Below, piece after piece: positions 24,233-36,109 of a DNA stretch of 64,000 nucleotides (position 1 is its first letter; each line of letters begins with the position of its first letter). The position numbers were made by a program, and so were the translations under genes. The stretch comes from Squalus acanthias (Eukaryota): NCBI GenBank assembly GCA_030390025.1, contig CM059432.1, forward strand, positions 140,866,001-140,930,000, given 5' to 3'. Below the pieces are notes generated by a model, which had not been told where the DNA came from, searched no databases, and worked only from the letters and a program-made list of their open reading frames with translations.

Positions 24233-24877
24233 CTGGCTGCAGGCAGGTTTGACATTGGGGAGCGGGTGGAGGGGGGTCGGGGGGGCGGTGGATGGAGAAG
24301 TGGGGGGGGTGAAGGCGACTCTGCCCCTCCCCGCTCAGGCCAAATGTTGACATTGCGAATCCTGAAGACAACATCGGACTCGATCTGCTTATTTAAAAGA
24401 GGAGCCCGCCTCCTCCCTGTGGGCTAATATGGGGACACGATGGGCAGGAAGCGTAATTTGGTGGAGGGGAGGGTGGGGTGGTAAGTGACTGGCATTGTTT
24501 TAAATGCCCCCTCCCCTGTCTGGTTTCCACCAGGTGGGGGCAGTTAAAATCGGGGCCAAAGTTTCAGAAAGTAATTACTTTATTATCTGTTCTGGCTTCT
24601 GTCATAGATCTGAATTGTATTGTCAGTTGATAATAGTCCCTGTAAGATCAAAGATCAAGCATCATGACTTTGGGTGCCATTGTCTGAACATTTCTGATAG
24701 TATGATCATCACATTTTAAAAGTGTTCAATGGGCCACCACAGAACTGTATTAAACAAAATGTCCTGGAGTCTTGTTCCGGTCAATACATAGGCCCCTCTC
24801 ACAAGTTTATGTCTTAACTTATAATATATATGCGCATTTCCAGAATTTTCTATTGTCAATACAGATTTCCAGCATTC

Positions 24878-25350
24878 ATAGGGAACATAGGAACAGGCCA
24901 TTCAGCCCCTCGAGTTTGTTCCGCCTTGAATTAGATCTTAGCTGATCTGTATCTTAACTCCTTCTACTCGCCTGGTTTCCGTAACTCTTAATACCCTTAC
25001 CCAACAAATATCTATCAGTTTTGAAATTTTCAATTAACTCAGCTTTTTGGGGTGAGAGAGTTCCAGATTTCCACTACCCTTTGTGTGAAGAAGTGCTTCC
25101 TGACATCACCCCTGAACGGCCTGGCTCTAATTTTAAGGTTGTGCCTCCCTTGTCCTGGACTCCCCCCACCAGAGGAAATAGTTTCTCTCTATCTATCCCA
25201 TCAACTCCTTTAATCATCTTAAACAACTCAATTAGATCGCCCCTCAATCTTCTAAACTCGAGGGAATATAAGCCTAGTCTACGCAATCTGTCCTCATAAT
25301 TTAACCCTGTTAGCCCTGGTATCATTCTGGTGAATCTGTGCTGCTCCCCC
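24878..25350 (-). mobile_element. CR1 LINE 3' end
   Basis: ORF 25074-25325 (LGLYSLEFRRLRGDLIE) plus tail. Confidence 0.88.
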
Positions 25351-25789
25351 TCGTGTTTTATTTGTTTTCTTTCAAATTTGTTGCTATATTTGTAAATGAA
25401 GTACGGGCGTGTGGGTAACTCCTACAATCCTGCATTTTTTGAAAAAAATGCACTTTTTGAGAGTTTGCGTATTTTCCGACGTCATTGTACATTTTGATGT
25501 GAAATTACTTGTGGGAGTACATTCACACACAAAGCTTCTGTGCCAGGGGTTTCACTGGGAGCGGCGCCGATTCAAAGGCTGAAGTAGCTTGTTTGTTCTT
25601 GGTCTCCGGAGGTTTTATATTATCTGGTATAAACTAACATCAGAGAAAGTCTCAATTAGTCCTCTTCCTGTGTCTGCATAGCACAATAATGACACAGATC
25701 ATTTTTACAAAAGAACTGAGTGGAAGGAGAACTGGCTTTTGCCTGCGTTCCAATTTCTGGCCTAATCTAGAGGAATCTGTCACACAGCA

Positions 25790-26146
25790 ATCCCTCCATG
25801 GCCCTCGCCCCTCCCTGTCTCTGTAACCTCCTCCAGCCCTACAACCCTCCGAGATCTCTGCGCTCCTCCAATTCGGGCCTCTTGCGCAACCCCGATTTTC
25901 ATCGCTCCCCCATTGGCGGCCGTGCCTTCAGCTGCCTAGGCCCTAAGCATTGGAATCCCCTTCCTAAACCTCTCCTCCTCGCTCTCCTCCTTTGAAGACA
26001 CGCCTTAAAACCCACCTCTTTGACCAAGCTTTTGGTCACCTGCCCTAATATCTCCTTATGTGGCTCGGTGTCAAATGTTGTCTGATAATCGCTCCTGTGA
26101 AGCGCATTGGGACGTTAAAGGCACTATATAAATGCAAGTTGTTGCA
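25790..26146 (+). mobile_element. L2-type LINE 3' end
   Basis: LAPPCLCNLLQPYNPPRSLRSSNSGLL...GGRAFS; tail AAAGGCACTATATAAATGCAAGTTGTTG. Confidence 0.85.
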
Positions 26147-26174
26147 AGAGCTAAAAAGATAAGTTAAAGTGGGT

Positions 26175-26345
26175 TCAGTTCAATATCTCATCCGAACAAC
26201 GGTACCTCTGACATTGCAGCACCCCCTCAATACTGCGCTGGAGTGGAGGCGTGTATTTTGTGTTCAAGTCTCTGGGGTGGGACTGTGAAGCCACAATGTT
26301 CTTGCTCCAAGGTAAGAGTGCTACCCACTGAGCCATGGCTGGCAC
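26175..26345 (-). mobile_element. DeuSINE 5' fragment
   Basis: Matches 62240-62400. Confidence 0.7.
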
Positions 26346-26478
26346 CTTCACAGTGAACAGGAGCTGGTTGGCATGCTGCGGGATTCCAGTAACCTGAAGG
26401 GGCTGCGCGGTTTGAGGAGCGCGTGACTGTGATCTTTACTGATCCTCAAGGTAATGGCCTTTTCTTTTCTCCTTCAAG

Positions 26479-26697
26479 CAAGAGGTCGGGGGTCTGGGGA
26501 TCAGCATCAAGGGAGGCAAAGAAAACAAGATGCCAATCCTGATCTCGAAGATCTTCAAAGGTCTAGCGGCCGACCAGACCGAGTCTCTCTATGTGGGGGA
26601 CGCTATCTTGTCTGTGAATGCAGTGGACCTGAGGGATGCCACGCATGACGAGGCGGTGCAAGTGTTGAAAAGAGCTGGCAAAGAGGTCTCCTGGAGG
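26479..26697 (+). CDS. SNTB1: Beta-1 syntrophin coding exon 2 (PDZ domain), with an apparent 1-nt deletion near the 3' end
   Basis: Acceptor TTTCTTTTCTCCTTCAAG|; [47 protein letters not shown]...[17 protein letters not shown] continues exon 1 in frame; donor |GTAAGC at 26698. Confidence 0.95.
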
Positions 26698-26894
26698 GTA
26701 AGCTGGCACTTCCTCATTCCGACCAATACCTGACCAAATCAGGGTCAAAGTTTCTTTCATTCTTCGTGATTTGCAACGAGACTGCATTTGAGGGAAGTTT
26801 TTATTAACCCAAGTTTTTTTTTTTAATCCAGTCTAAATCTTATCCCCTTGGTTTGTCAAAGATATTGAGTGAATATTAATTGTGGCAGCTGTGT

Positions 26895-27319
26895 CTCTGA
26901 GTCAGAAGGTTTGTGGGTTCACAGTCCCACTCCAGGGGACTTGAGCGCATAAATCAAGGCTGACACTCCCAGTGCAGTACCGAGGGAGTGCTGCACTGTC
27001 GGAGGTGCCGTCTTTCGGATGAGACGTTAAACCGAAGCCCCGTCTGCTCTCTCGGGTGGATGTAAAAGATCCCACGGCACTATTTTGAAGAAGAGCAGGG
27101 GGAGTTCTCCCCGGTGTCCTGGGCCAATATTTATCCCTCAATCAACACTGAAAAAAACCCAGATTATCTGGTCATTATCACATTGCTGATTGTGGGAGCT
27201 TGCTGTGCACATCAGCTACCGCGGTTCCCACATTACAACAGCACTTCAAAAAGTACTTCATTGGCTGTAAAGCGCTTTGGTATGTCCAGTGGTCATGAAA
27301 GGCGCTATATAAATGCAAG
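26895..27319 (+). mobile_element. DeuSINE, near complete
   Basis: Head, core and tail as in other copies; abuts a CR1. Confidence 0.85.
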
Positions 27320-27935
27320 AGTACAGGAGTAAAGAAGTCTTACTGCAATTTTATAGGGCCTTGGTGAGACCACACCTGGAGTACTGTGTACAATTTTGGT
27401 CTCCTTACCTAAGGAAGGATATACTTGCCATAGAGGGAGTGCAACGAAGGTTCACGAGATTGATTCCTGGGATGGCGGGACTGTCGTATGAGAAGAGATT
27501 GAGTAAACTAGGCCTGTATTCTCTTGAATTCAGAAGAACGAGAGGGGATCTCATTGAAGCATACAAAATTATTACAGGGCTTGATAGGGTGGATGCTGGG
27601 AGGATGTTTCCCCTGGCTGGGGAGTCTAGAACCAGGGGCCACAGCCTCAGGATAAAGGGTAGGCCCATTCAGGACTGAGATGAGAAGAAATTTCTTCACA
27701 GAGGGTGGTGAATCTTTGGAATTCTCTACCCCAGAGGGCTGTGGAGGCTCAGTCATTGGGTATATTCAAAACAGAAGTCGATAGATTTCTGACTAGTAAG
27801 GGCATCAAGGGATATGGCGATAGGGCCGGTGAATGGAGTTGAGGCAGAAGATCAGCCATGATCTCATTGAATGGCGGAGCAGGCTCGAGGGGCCGAACGG
27901 CCGACTCCTGCTCTTATTTCATATTTCTTATGTTC
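27319..27935 (+). mobile_element. CR1 LINE 3' end
   Basis: EYRSKEVLLQFYRALVRPHLEYCVQFW...RTRGH plus 3' UTR. Confidence 0.93.
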
Positions 27936-28189
27936 TTTCTTTTTATTAACCGTTTGTGAAGTGAATTGTGGGGTTGTTGTTCCCGAATAATGAAATATCA
28001 TTAGTGCAAGGTTCGAGGTTTCTTGTTTATTGAGTCCGAGCATGCAGAAGATATCATTGGAAAGTTTGTAGGAGTGGTTGAGTAAATTGAAAGATTTCAA
28101 TGCTATTTTCTCCCCTTAGTTTGGGTCCATTATTTACAATGAGGGTTGTAAAAATCTAGCCCCGTATCACCACACCTTGTCAAACATCT

Positions 28190-28820
28190 GAGAAAGAAAG
28201 AAAGATGTGCATTTATATACCTCCTTTCACAATCTCAGGACGTCCCAAAGCGCTTTACAGCCAATTAATTACTTTTGAAGTGTAGTCACTGTTGTAATGT
28301 AGGAAACGCGGCAGCCCATTTGCGCACAGCAAGCTCCCACAAACAGCAATGTGATAATGACCAGATCGTTTTTTTTTCAGTGACGTTAGTTGAGGGATAA
28401 ATATTGGCTAGTTCACCAGGGAGAACTTCTTCGAAATAGTGGGAATTTTTACGTCCACCTGAGAGCAGACTCGGTTTAGCATCTCATTCAACAGGCAGCA
28501 CCTCTGACAGTGCAGCACTCCCTCAGTAGTGGGATTTGAACCCACAACCTTCTGACTCAGAGGCGATAGTGCAGAGAAGAGCAGGGGAGTTATCCCCAGG
28601 TGTCCTGGTCAATATTTATCCCTCAATCAACATCACTAAAACAGATTATCTGGTCATTACCACATTGCTGTTTGTGGGAGCTTGCTGTGTGCAAATTGGC
28701 TGCTGCGTTTCCTGCATTACAACAGTGACTCCACTTCAAAAGTATTTCATTGGCTGTAAAGCGCTTTGGGACGTCCTGAGGTCGTGAAAGGTGCTACATA
28801 AATGCAAGTCTTTCTTTCTT
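28190..28820. mobile_element. Two DeuSINE pieces in opposite orientation (minus 28190-28565, plus 28570-28820)
   Basis: Both match the other SINE copies; tails point outward. Confidence 0.8.
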
Positions 28821-29669
28821 CCTTTTTCCTGTGTCATGTTATTTGGAGATAGACCATAATGATGGTTCATAAGAAAGGGTGTTATACTCCTTTTGTGGGG
28901 CCACTCCTGAACCAAATTAATGTTTTCAGTGAATCTCAGACTGTTCTGTCATTTTGTACATGTTATAGTGAAACTCGGAGAAATAAGTTACAGCTGAATA
29001 AATGCAGACACCAAATCCAGTGTTTTGTTGAGCTAAGCATCTCCTAGGAATGTTTTTTTGCAGAAAGTGAGATCACGGGGTGTGTGAGGGCGCTGCAAAA
29101 TGATAAGCTGGAGACCTATTTCAGACGTAAAACTTTTTTATTAAAATGAACAGAAAATCATTGGCGTTGCAGGCACTTGAAGGGTACCAGCTGATGGATG
29201 GAATGGCCAGGTGATCCATGACAGATAGGGTCAGATCTTCCGGGTTGTAAGCTGTGTTGTACAACACTCAATTGCGCAGCGAATGAAGCAGTGCTATCTC
29301 AGGATGATGCTGAAGATGTCTACCGCACAATTAGGCTGATTCTTGTCGTTTAAATGACAAAGAAGAGTGGTTAGCATTTCAGCGCTGCATTCGATTCCCG
29401 GCATTTGAACAGAGAAAGGAAGACCGAAGAACGCACAAGTTGATTGTCGAGGCTTATTTTGTGAAATTAAAATCAATTCATTCATTTTTGATTTTTTTCT
29501 TTAAATTCTGGGACAAACATCCCCAAGCAATTGACACTCGTAGAATAGCTGGTGAATGATTGAAGCAGTGCCAGTTTTGAAAGATTTGAAAGTCACTTTC
29601 AATGATGGCACAGCTAGAGTGATATCCAGCTATTTATAAAGTGCTGCCAAGTGTTGCTAGTATTAGCTG

Positions 29670-30355
29670 TGTCTCAGCACTCTCACCTCTGAGTCCAAAT
29701 GTTGAGGGTTTCAGACCCACAGCAGAGAATTGAGCGCAAAATTATCAGAAGAATCAGAGGCGACATGAGGAAAAGCTTTTTTAGGCAACGCGTGGTTAGG
29801 ATTTGGAATGCGCTGTCTGATAGGGTGGTTGGATACAGATTCAATAGTAGCCTTCAAAAGGGAATTGGATAAATCCCTGAAGGAGAAATAATTGCAGAGA
29901 TATGGGGAAAGAGCGGGGGAGTGGGACTAACTGGATCGCTCTTCAAAAGAGCCGGCGCAGACTCGATAGGACGAATGGCCTCCTTCTGTGCTGTACTATT
30001 CTATGATTCTAGGCTGACACTCCAGTGCAGTACTGAGCACTGCACTGTCGGAGGTGCCGTCTTTCAGATGAGATGTTAAACCAAGGTCTGCTCTCTCAGG
30101 TGCCATGTGTGCCATGTGAAAGATGCCATGGCACTATTTGCAGAAGAGCAGGGGAGTTCTCCCCGGTGTCCTGGGGGCCAATATTTATCCCTCAACCAAC
30201 ATCACAAAAAAAAACAGATCATCTAGTTGCTGTGCACAAATTGGCTGCGGTGTTTCCTACATTGAAACAGTAAACTACGCTTCAAAATGTACTTCATTGG
30301 CTGTAAAGCTCTTTGGGGCATTTGAGGTGGTGAAAGGAGCTATATAAATGTAAGT
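29670..30355 (+). mobile_element. DeuSINE interrupted by a CR1 3' fragment (~29745-30010)
   Basis: SINE head to GCGCAAAAT, CR1 tail, SINE resumes at AGGCTGACACTCCAGTGCAG. Confidence 0.8.
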
Positions 30356-30609
30356 CCTATATAATATATATATGAAATTTTGATCGTTTCTAGCGTGATG
30401 AAACAAGTATATTAAAGAGTTCTGTACTTGCTGGCTGCAGCACACCGTACTTTGTCGAGGGTTGTGGCCATGGAGAAACATTTTACATTGGGAGTCCATA
30501 CATCCTAATAACACTCATGCTCTTAATACTGCATGCTGCTGTGATAAACTGATATTGCCAGCACCCAAAGCAGTTATTAGCAAACTCCGTCACATCATGC
30601 GGTGGCTAT

Positions 30610-31160
30610 ATAGAAACATCGACATCGAAAAATAGGAGCAAGAGTAGGCCATTCGGCCCTTCGAGCCTGCTCCGCCATTCAATATGATTGACATGAATCT
30701 TGTCATTCATGTGGAAATGACTTATGAAGTAATACTGGGCGGCCTGCTGGTGGCGCTGTCCAGGGAGAGTATAAATACTCGGGCATGGGCCCAGCTTGCT
30801 CAGGACATTTCTTAACAGGAACTAGGGAAGGACACAACTAGATCTCCATGTTGAAAAACAGTTGATTAAAGCTTTGTTTAACGCTTAGACCAAGTGCCTA
30901 GTAGTTTTCTTACGTCAATGATCATGGCTGATCTTCTATCTCAATACCATATTCCCGCTCTCTCCCCATACCCCTTGATGCCTTTTGTGTCTAGAAATGT
31001 ATCTATCTCCTTCTTAAATATATTCAGTGACTTGGCCTCCACAGCCTTCTGTGGTAGAGAATTCCACAGGTTCACCACCCTCTGAGTGAAGAAATTTCTC
31101 CTCATCTCAGTCCTAAATATCCTACCCCGTATCCTGAGATTGACCCGTCGTTCTAGACCA
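30610..31160 (-). mobile_element. CR1 LINE 3' end interrupted by a solo LTR
   Basis: FRTEMRRNFFTQRVVNLWNSLP plus 3' UTR split at ATGAT. Confidence 0.88.
30689..30917 (+). mobile_element. Solo LTR (229 bp)
   Basis: TGAC...GTCA termini; 5-bp TSD ATGAT (30684-30688, 30918-30922); TATAAATA 30770-30777; ATTAAA 30865-30870. Confidence 0.82.
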
Positions 31161-31244
31161 TAATCACTCAACATAATCACTTCAGCAAGACAGCCTGTTG
31201 GTACTAACCATTGTAGATTAACAAATGGCAGTCCTCATAAGAAA

Positions 31245-31590
31245 TAACAGAATTACATAGAATTTACAGCACAGAAACAGACCATTCGACCCAACTGGTC
31301 CATGCCGATGTTTATGCTCCACTCGAGCCTCCTCCCGTCCTACTTCCATCTCACCCTAGCAACATATCCTTCTATTCTTTTCTCTTGTGTTTATCTGGCT
31401 TCCCCTTAAATGCATCTATATTATTTTCCTCAACTACTCCTTGCGGTAGCGAGTTCCACATTCTCGCCACTCTCTGGGTAAAGAAGTTTCTCCTGAATTC
31501 CCTATTGGATTTATTAGTGACTATCTTATATTTATGGCCCCTAGTTTTGGTCTCCCCCCACAAGTGGAAACATCTTCTCTACATCTACCC
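31245..31590 (-). mobile_element. CR1 LINE 3' end
   Basis: KTRGHKYKIV...FFTQRVARMWNSLP. Confidence 0.85.
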
Positions 31591-31639
31591 AAAGTCTTTA
31601 AGGCACTGTGCTGATTTGATTTAAATTCTCATTGGTGGG

Positions 31640-31980
31640 CACTCTCCAGTACTTCACCCAAACGGTCATTCATTCATATCTGAGTGTTGACAGCGATGGT
31701 TTGTAGACTCCTGGATCATGGGAGGGTGTGATAACTGAGCCTGATTCAGTTCATGTCCAACAATGAGCCCCCCCCGTGCCCACCCACCCCCGCCCCACAC
31801 AACACACACAGACTTTCCAGCAGTGGTTAGCAACGAAGTGCAGGAAACCTGATTTTGCTTCCCCCTCATAGTCCAAGAGTTCTGAATCTAATTGTCGTGC
31901 TCCAACTTCTGCCATGGCTGCGATTAGAGTGGGGATTAAGCCTTGAGATCTTCCTGGTCTATGTAACTCAGCACACATCC
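31640..31980 (-). mobile_element. Diverged LF-SINE-like repeat
   Basis: Reverse strand resembles the recalled LF-SINE core (CCAGGAAG...ACAATT...CTGCTGGAAAGT.TGTGTGTG) and 46930-47150. Confidence 0.5.
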
Positions 31981-32057
31981 AACAGTGCAAGGAATATTAT
32001 ATTGAGTAGCGAAAAGGTTCTTCACGAAGATAAATCAGTCCTGTATTGCGACAATTA

Positions 32058-32362
32058 AGAACATAAAAAATAGGAGCAGGAATAGGCCACTTGGCCCCTC
32101 GAGCCTGCTCTGCCATTCAGTAAGATCATGGCTGATCTTGGGCTCAAAGCCACTTCCCTGCCCGCTCCCCATAACCCTTCACTCCCTTATCTTGCAAAAC
32201 TCTGTCTATCTCCACCTTAAATGTATTTAATGACCCAGCCTCCACGGCTCTCTGGGGCAGAGAATTCCACAGATTTACGACCCTCTGAGAGAAGAAATTC
32301 CTCCTCATCTCAGTTCTAAAAGGGCGACCCTTTATTCTGAAACTATGCCCCCGAGTTCTACA
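32058..32362 (-). mobile_element. CR1 LINE 3' end
   Basis: Same 3' UTR family as 27700-27935. Confidence 0.85.
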
Positions 32363-32434
32363 TTATTCTTAATTAATTCAGTGTAGACTCAAAAGATACT
32401 GGTACTGCTTTTTTTTTCATTTTAACTTTCTACC

Positions 32435-32650
32435 CTTCTTCAAGATAGTGCCATGGGATCTTTTACATGCACCTCAGAGAGCAGACGGGGCCTCAGTTTA
32501 ACATATCATCTGAAAGATGGCACCTCCTGACAGTGCGGCACTCTCTCAGTACTGCACTGGGAGTGTCAGCCTGGATTATGTGCTCAAATCTCTGGAGTGG
32601 GACTTGAACCCATGACCTTTAAACCCGGAGGTGTACCCACTGAGCCACGG
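32435..32650 (-). mobile_element. DeuSINE 5' half
   Basis: Matches 62190-62400. Confidence 0.8.
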
Positions 32651-33057
32651 CTCGCAGACAGTTAAATCATGAATTGGAGTTGTGCCATGTTAAATGCCCC
32701 TGTTCGTTACATTATTTAAAAACAGAAGCGCTATTTCTATTGAAGAAGCTCAATGAAAACCATCGAAGAAGCAGCTTTTGTTGCTAGTTTACTTGCTGCC
32801 CATGTTCATACAGTGCCGTCCCTTTCACACACACAGAACATGTCGGCAATAGAGATTGGGAGCTTTTTTGTCCAGTTTCCAGGGACTAATGCATTCAGTA
32901 GCTATCGGCAAGGTTCCTTCGCATCACTTGCTGGGCTCGTCCACTTCAAAGTTTGGCCCAAGACCAGGACTGCTATTTCTTTTCCTACTTTCCGTGTGGT
33001 CTCAATGTTTTGGTTGTTAGAATTGGGGAAAGGAAACTCTCAGGTTAAGTAGTGAGC

Positions 33058-33376
33058 AAGTAGAGAGAAACTGTTTCCTCTGGCAAGTGGGTCGGTAACC
33101 AGAGGTCATAGATTTAAAATAATTGGCAAAAGATCTAGAGAGGAAATGAGGTGAAATGTTTTCACACACAGGGTTGCTAAGATCTGGAACGTACTACCTG
33201 AAAGGCTGGTGGAATCAGATTCCATAGGAACTTTCAAAAGGCAATTGGACATGCACTTGAAGAGGACTCATTTACAGGGTTATGGGGAAAGAGCAGGGGG
33301 GAGTGGGACTAATTGGATAGGTCTTTGAAAGAGGCATGACAGGCCGAATGGCCTCCTTCTGTGCTGTATGATTCTA
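33058..33376 (+). mobile_element. CR1 LINE 3' end
   Basis: GTAACCAGAGGTCATAGATTTAA... and tail ATGGCCTCCTTCTGTGCTGTATGATTCT. Confidence 0.82.
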
Positions 33377-33782
33377 AGTTCTTTCAATGTGAAGTTTCAA
33401 GTGGTGCTTTTTAAAAAAAAAAATGATGCATTGTCACTAGCTATATACATATATTTGAATAGCTGCCCTCAGTTCATTTTATAAAGGATGGAACCCAAGG
33501 GGATATCTTCCAGTGACATTAGTCAAGTGGATTGTCCTCCCCCCTCCTCGAATACATTAGTCTGCCATACACCAATGGTGTCCATTTAACTGGCCTATTA
33601 TCAGACTGACTTGAGGAGCAGCACTACGCATCATATTCATAATGATGCCACCAGCAATGGTATATTTTGATCGATCTTGCATCATTCGTTGGAGAGAGGT
33701 GCAGGACTTAATTGAACATTATTGCTGATTTGATTAGCAGCACTAATGGAGGGTTGACTGATAATCTTCCCTTTGAACCCTG

Positions 33783-34125
33783 CAAATAAGGAGAAGCTAG
33801 TGCCAGTGGCAGAAGGGTCGGTAACCAGAGGGCACAGATTTCAGGTGATTGGCAAAAGTACCAGAGGCGACATGAGGAAACATTTCTTTACACAGCGAGT
33901 TGTTGTGATCTGGAATGCACTGCCTAAAAGGGCGGTGGAAGCAGATTCAATAGTAACATTCAAAAGGGAACTGGATAAATACTTGAAAAGGAAAAAATTT
34001 GCGGGCTATGGGGAAAGAGCGGGGGGAGTGGGACTAACTGGAGAGCTCTTCCAAAGAGCTGGCACAGACATGATGGGCTGAAAGGACCTCCTTCTGTGCT
34101 GTGATTCTATAATTCTATGATTCTA
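33783..34125 (+). mobile_element. CR1 LINE 3' end
   Basis: ORF 33773-34081 VTRGHRFQVIG...WNALP. Confidence 0.85.
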
Positions 34126-34262
34126 CGATTGCTTAACTATGAAAAAGGTACACTAAAGTATTTTTGCCCAGTGGCAGTGTCTCTTTAAACCCCAATCCAA
34201 AGTGAGGTTTTCTTGTTATAGTAAAATTTTATACGGACAGGGTTCAAAGGGAAGATTACCAG

Positions 34263-34436
34263 CAATGTTCCCTCTCATATTTTATTTTGTGCGCGTGGTC
34301 CCTTTAAGTGGCTGCGCGGCCCATTCAAATTTTCATGCAAGCGCAGTTTCTCCCCTTTAAAAGCCGGTGAGCGGCCTGCGCGGGACCTCCAGACCGGTGC
34401 GCGGCTGTGCTGCCGCACAGCTTAGCGGGAACGTTG
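34263..34436. mobile_element. hAT-type MITE
   Basis: TIR CAATGTTCCCTCT / AGCGGGAACGTTG; 8-bp TSD ATTACCAG / GTTACCAG; second copy at 43517-43675. Confidence 0.85.
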
Positions 34437-34699
34437 GTTACCAGTCAACCTTCTATTATTGCAGCTAATCAAATGAAAACGATCCTGTTCAGTGAGTCCT
34501 GCACCTCTCTCCAACGAAGGATCGTTGCAGTCAAAGTTACTGCAGCATGAAGTCGCCTGAGGTTTACGGTTGTTACTAATGAATGCCACTCGCTGAAAGC
34601 AATGTTTTAAATGTCACCCATTTCCAAGATTCTAAGACGTGGCAATGAAAGTAGGAGCGGAGCACTGTGTGTAAACTGAACGAGCCACATCTCCAATAC

Positions 34700-35050
34700 A
34701 ATCATAGAATAATACAGCACAGAAGGAGGCCATTCGGCCCATCGTGCCTGTGCCAGCTCTCTGAAGGAGCTCTCCAATTAGTCCCACTCTCCTCCTGCTC
34801 TTTCCCCATAGACCTGCAACTTTCTCCTTTTCAAGTATTTATCCAATTCTCTTTTGAAAGTTACTGTTGAATCTGCTTCCACCGCCCTTTCAGGCAGCGC
34901 GTTCCAGATCACAACAACTCGCTGCGTAAAAAAAAATTCTCCTCTTCTTCTCCCCTCTGGTTCTTTTGCCAAATATTTGTAGTCTGTGTCCTCTGGTTAC
35001 CGACCCTCCTGTCACTGGAAACAGTTTCTGTTTACTTACTCCATCAAAAT
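34700..35050 (-). mobile_element. CR1 LINE 3' end
   Basis: FFTQRVVVIWNALPERAVEADS. Confidence 0.85.
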
Positions 35051-35499
35051 CCTTCGAGAAAGACAAAATCCTGGCAAAAGGGATTCCACTATGGATTGGA
35101 AAAATCACAGTCGGCGTTCCTTCCAAAGCTTCCCATTGGGAGCACTAGATCATGGAATGGACCGTATAATCTCTTAGTTAGAGGTGTTATCGGAATACTT
35201 CCAGCTGAAGCGATTTTGTACTCTGCTGGGGTGCCTGCTGCCATGGAAACTGCCCCGGTTGCGCTGCACCAGCACCAGCCGTTATCCTGGAGTATTCCTT
35301 TAATGTTAAAATAACTTTTTTTTTGATAAAACACAACAATATAGAGCAGAACAATTGGTGATGGCACATCCGTTATGCATTTCTATTTACAAACATTGTG
35401 AGATGAGATGTGAGTAATTCCACTGGGCTATCATTGACACTTTAAGGATGTCTCTGCATTTGTAGAACAGCCTTAATCGTCACAGCTAGGTTGCATCGT

Positions 35500-35950
35500 G
35501 TCAGCCGTGACACAGTGGGTGGCCCTCTCACCTCTGACTCACGAAGGTTATGGGTTCGTAGTCCCACTTGAGCCCAAAATCCAGGCTAACACGGCAGTGC
35601 AGTACCGAGGGAGCGCTGCATCTGTCGGAGGTGCCAGTCTTTCAGATGAAATGTTAAACCGAGGCCCCCGTCTGCCCACTCAGGTGGATGTAAAAGATCC
35701 CACGTCACTATTTCGAAGAAGAGCAGGGGAGTTATCCCTGCTGTCCTGGCCAATGTTTATCCCTCGACCAGCATCACTGAAACTGATTATTATCACAATG
35801 CTGTTTGTGGGAGCTTGCTGTGCGCAAATTGGCTGCCGCATTTCCTGCACTTCAAGTGACTAGACTTCAATAGTACTTCGTTGTTTGTAAAGTGCTTCAG
35901 GATGTCCTGAAGTCATGAAAGGCGCTATAGAAATGCAAGTCTTTCTTTTA
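35500..35950 (+). mobile_element. DeuSINE, near complete
   Basis: Head, core and tail match other copies. Confidence 0.82.
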
Positions 35951-36109
35951 TTTGTGCACCCGCAAATTTTTAAGTTAGAGAAAGAGATCCTGAAACTACA
36001 TGACTTCGTTGCTCAATGTGGCTTCCCAGTGCAACCTAACACTGACGCAGAAACTGAGGGTCAGTGTACAGCTCTGTTATTTTATTTGATTGGCCATATG
36101 ATTGGCGCC

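Noticed and set aside
29299..29346. Possible C/D box snoRNA (ATGATG...CTGA)
   Set aside because: Imperfect C box and only ~45 nt long
35237..35250. RFX X-box-like motif GCTGCCATGGAAAC
   Set aside because: Single motif with no conservation or chromatin evidence
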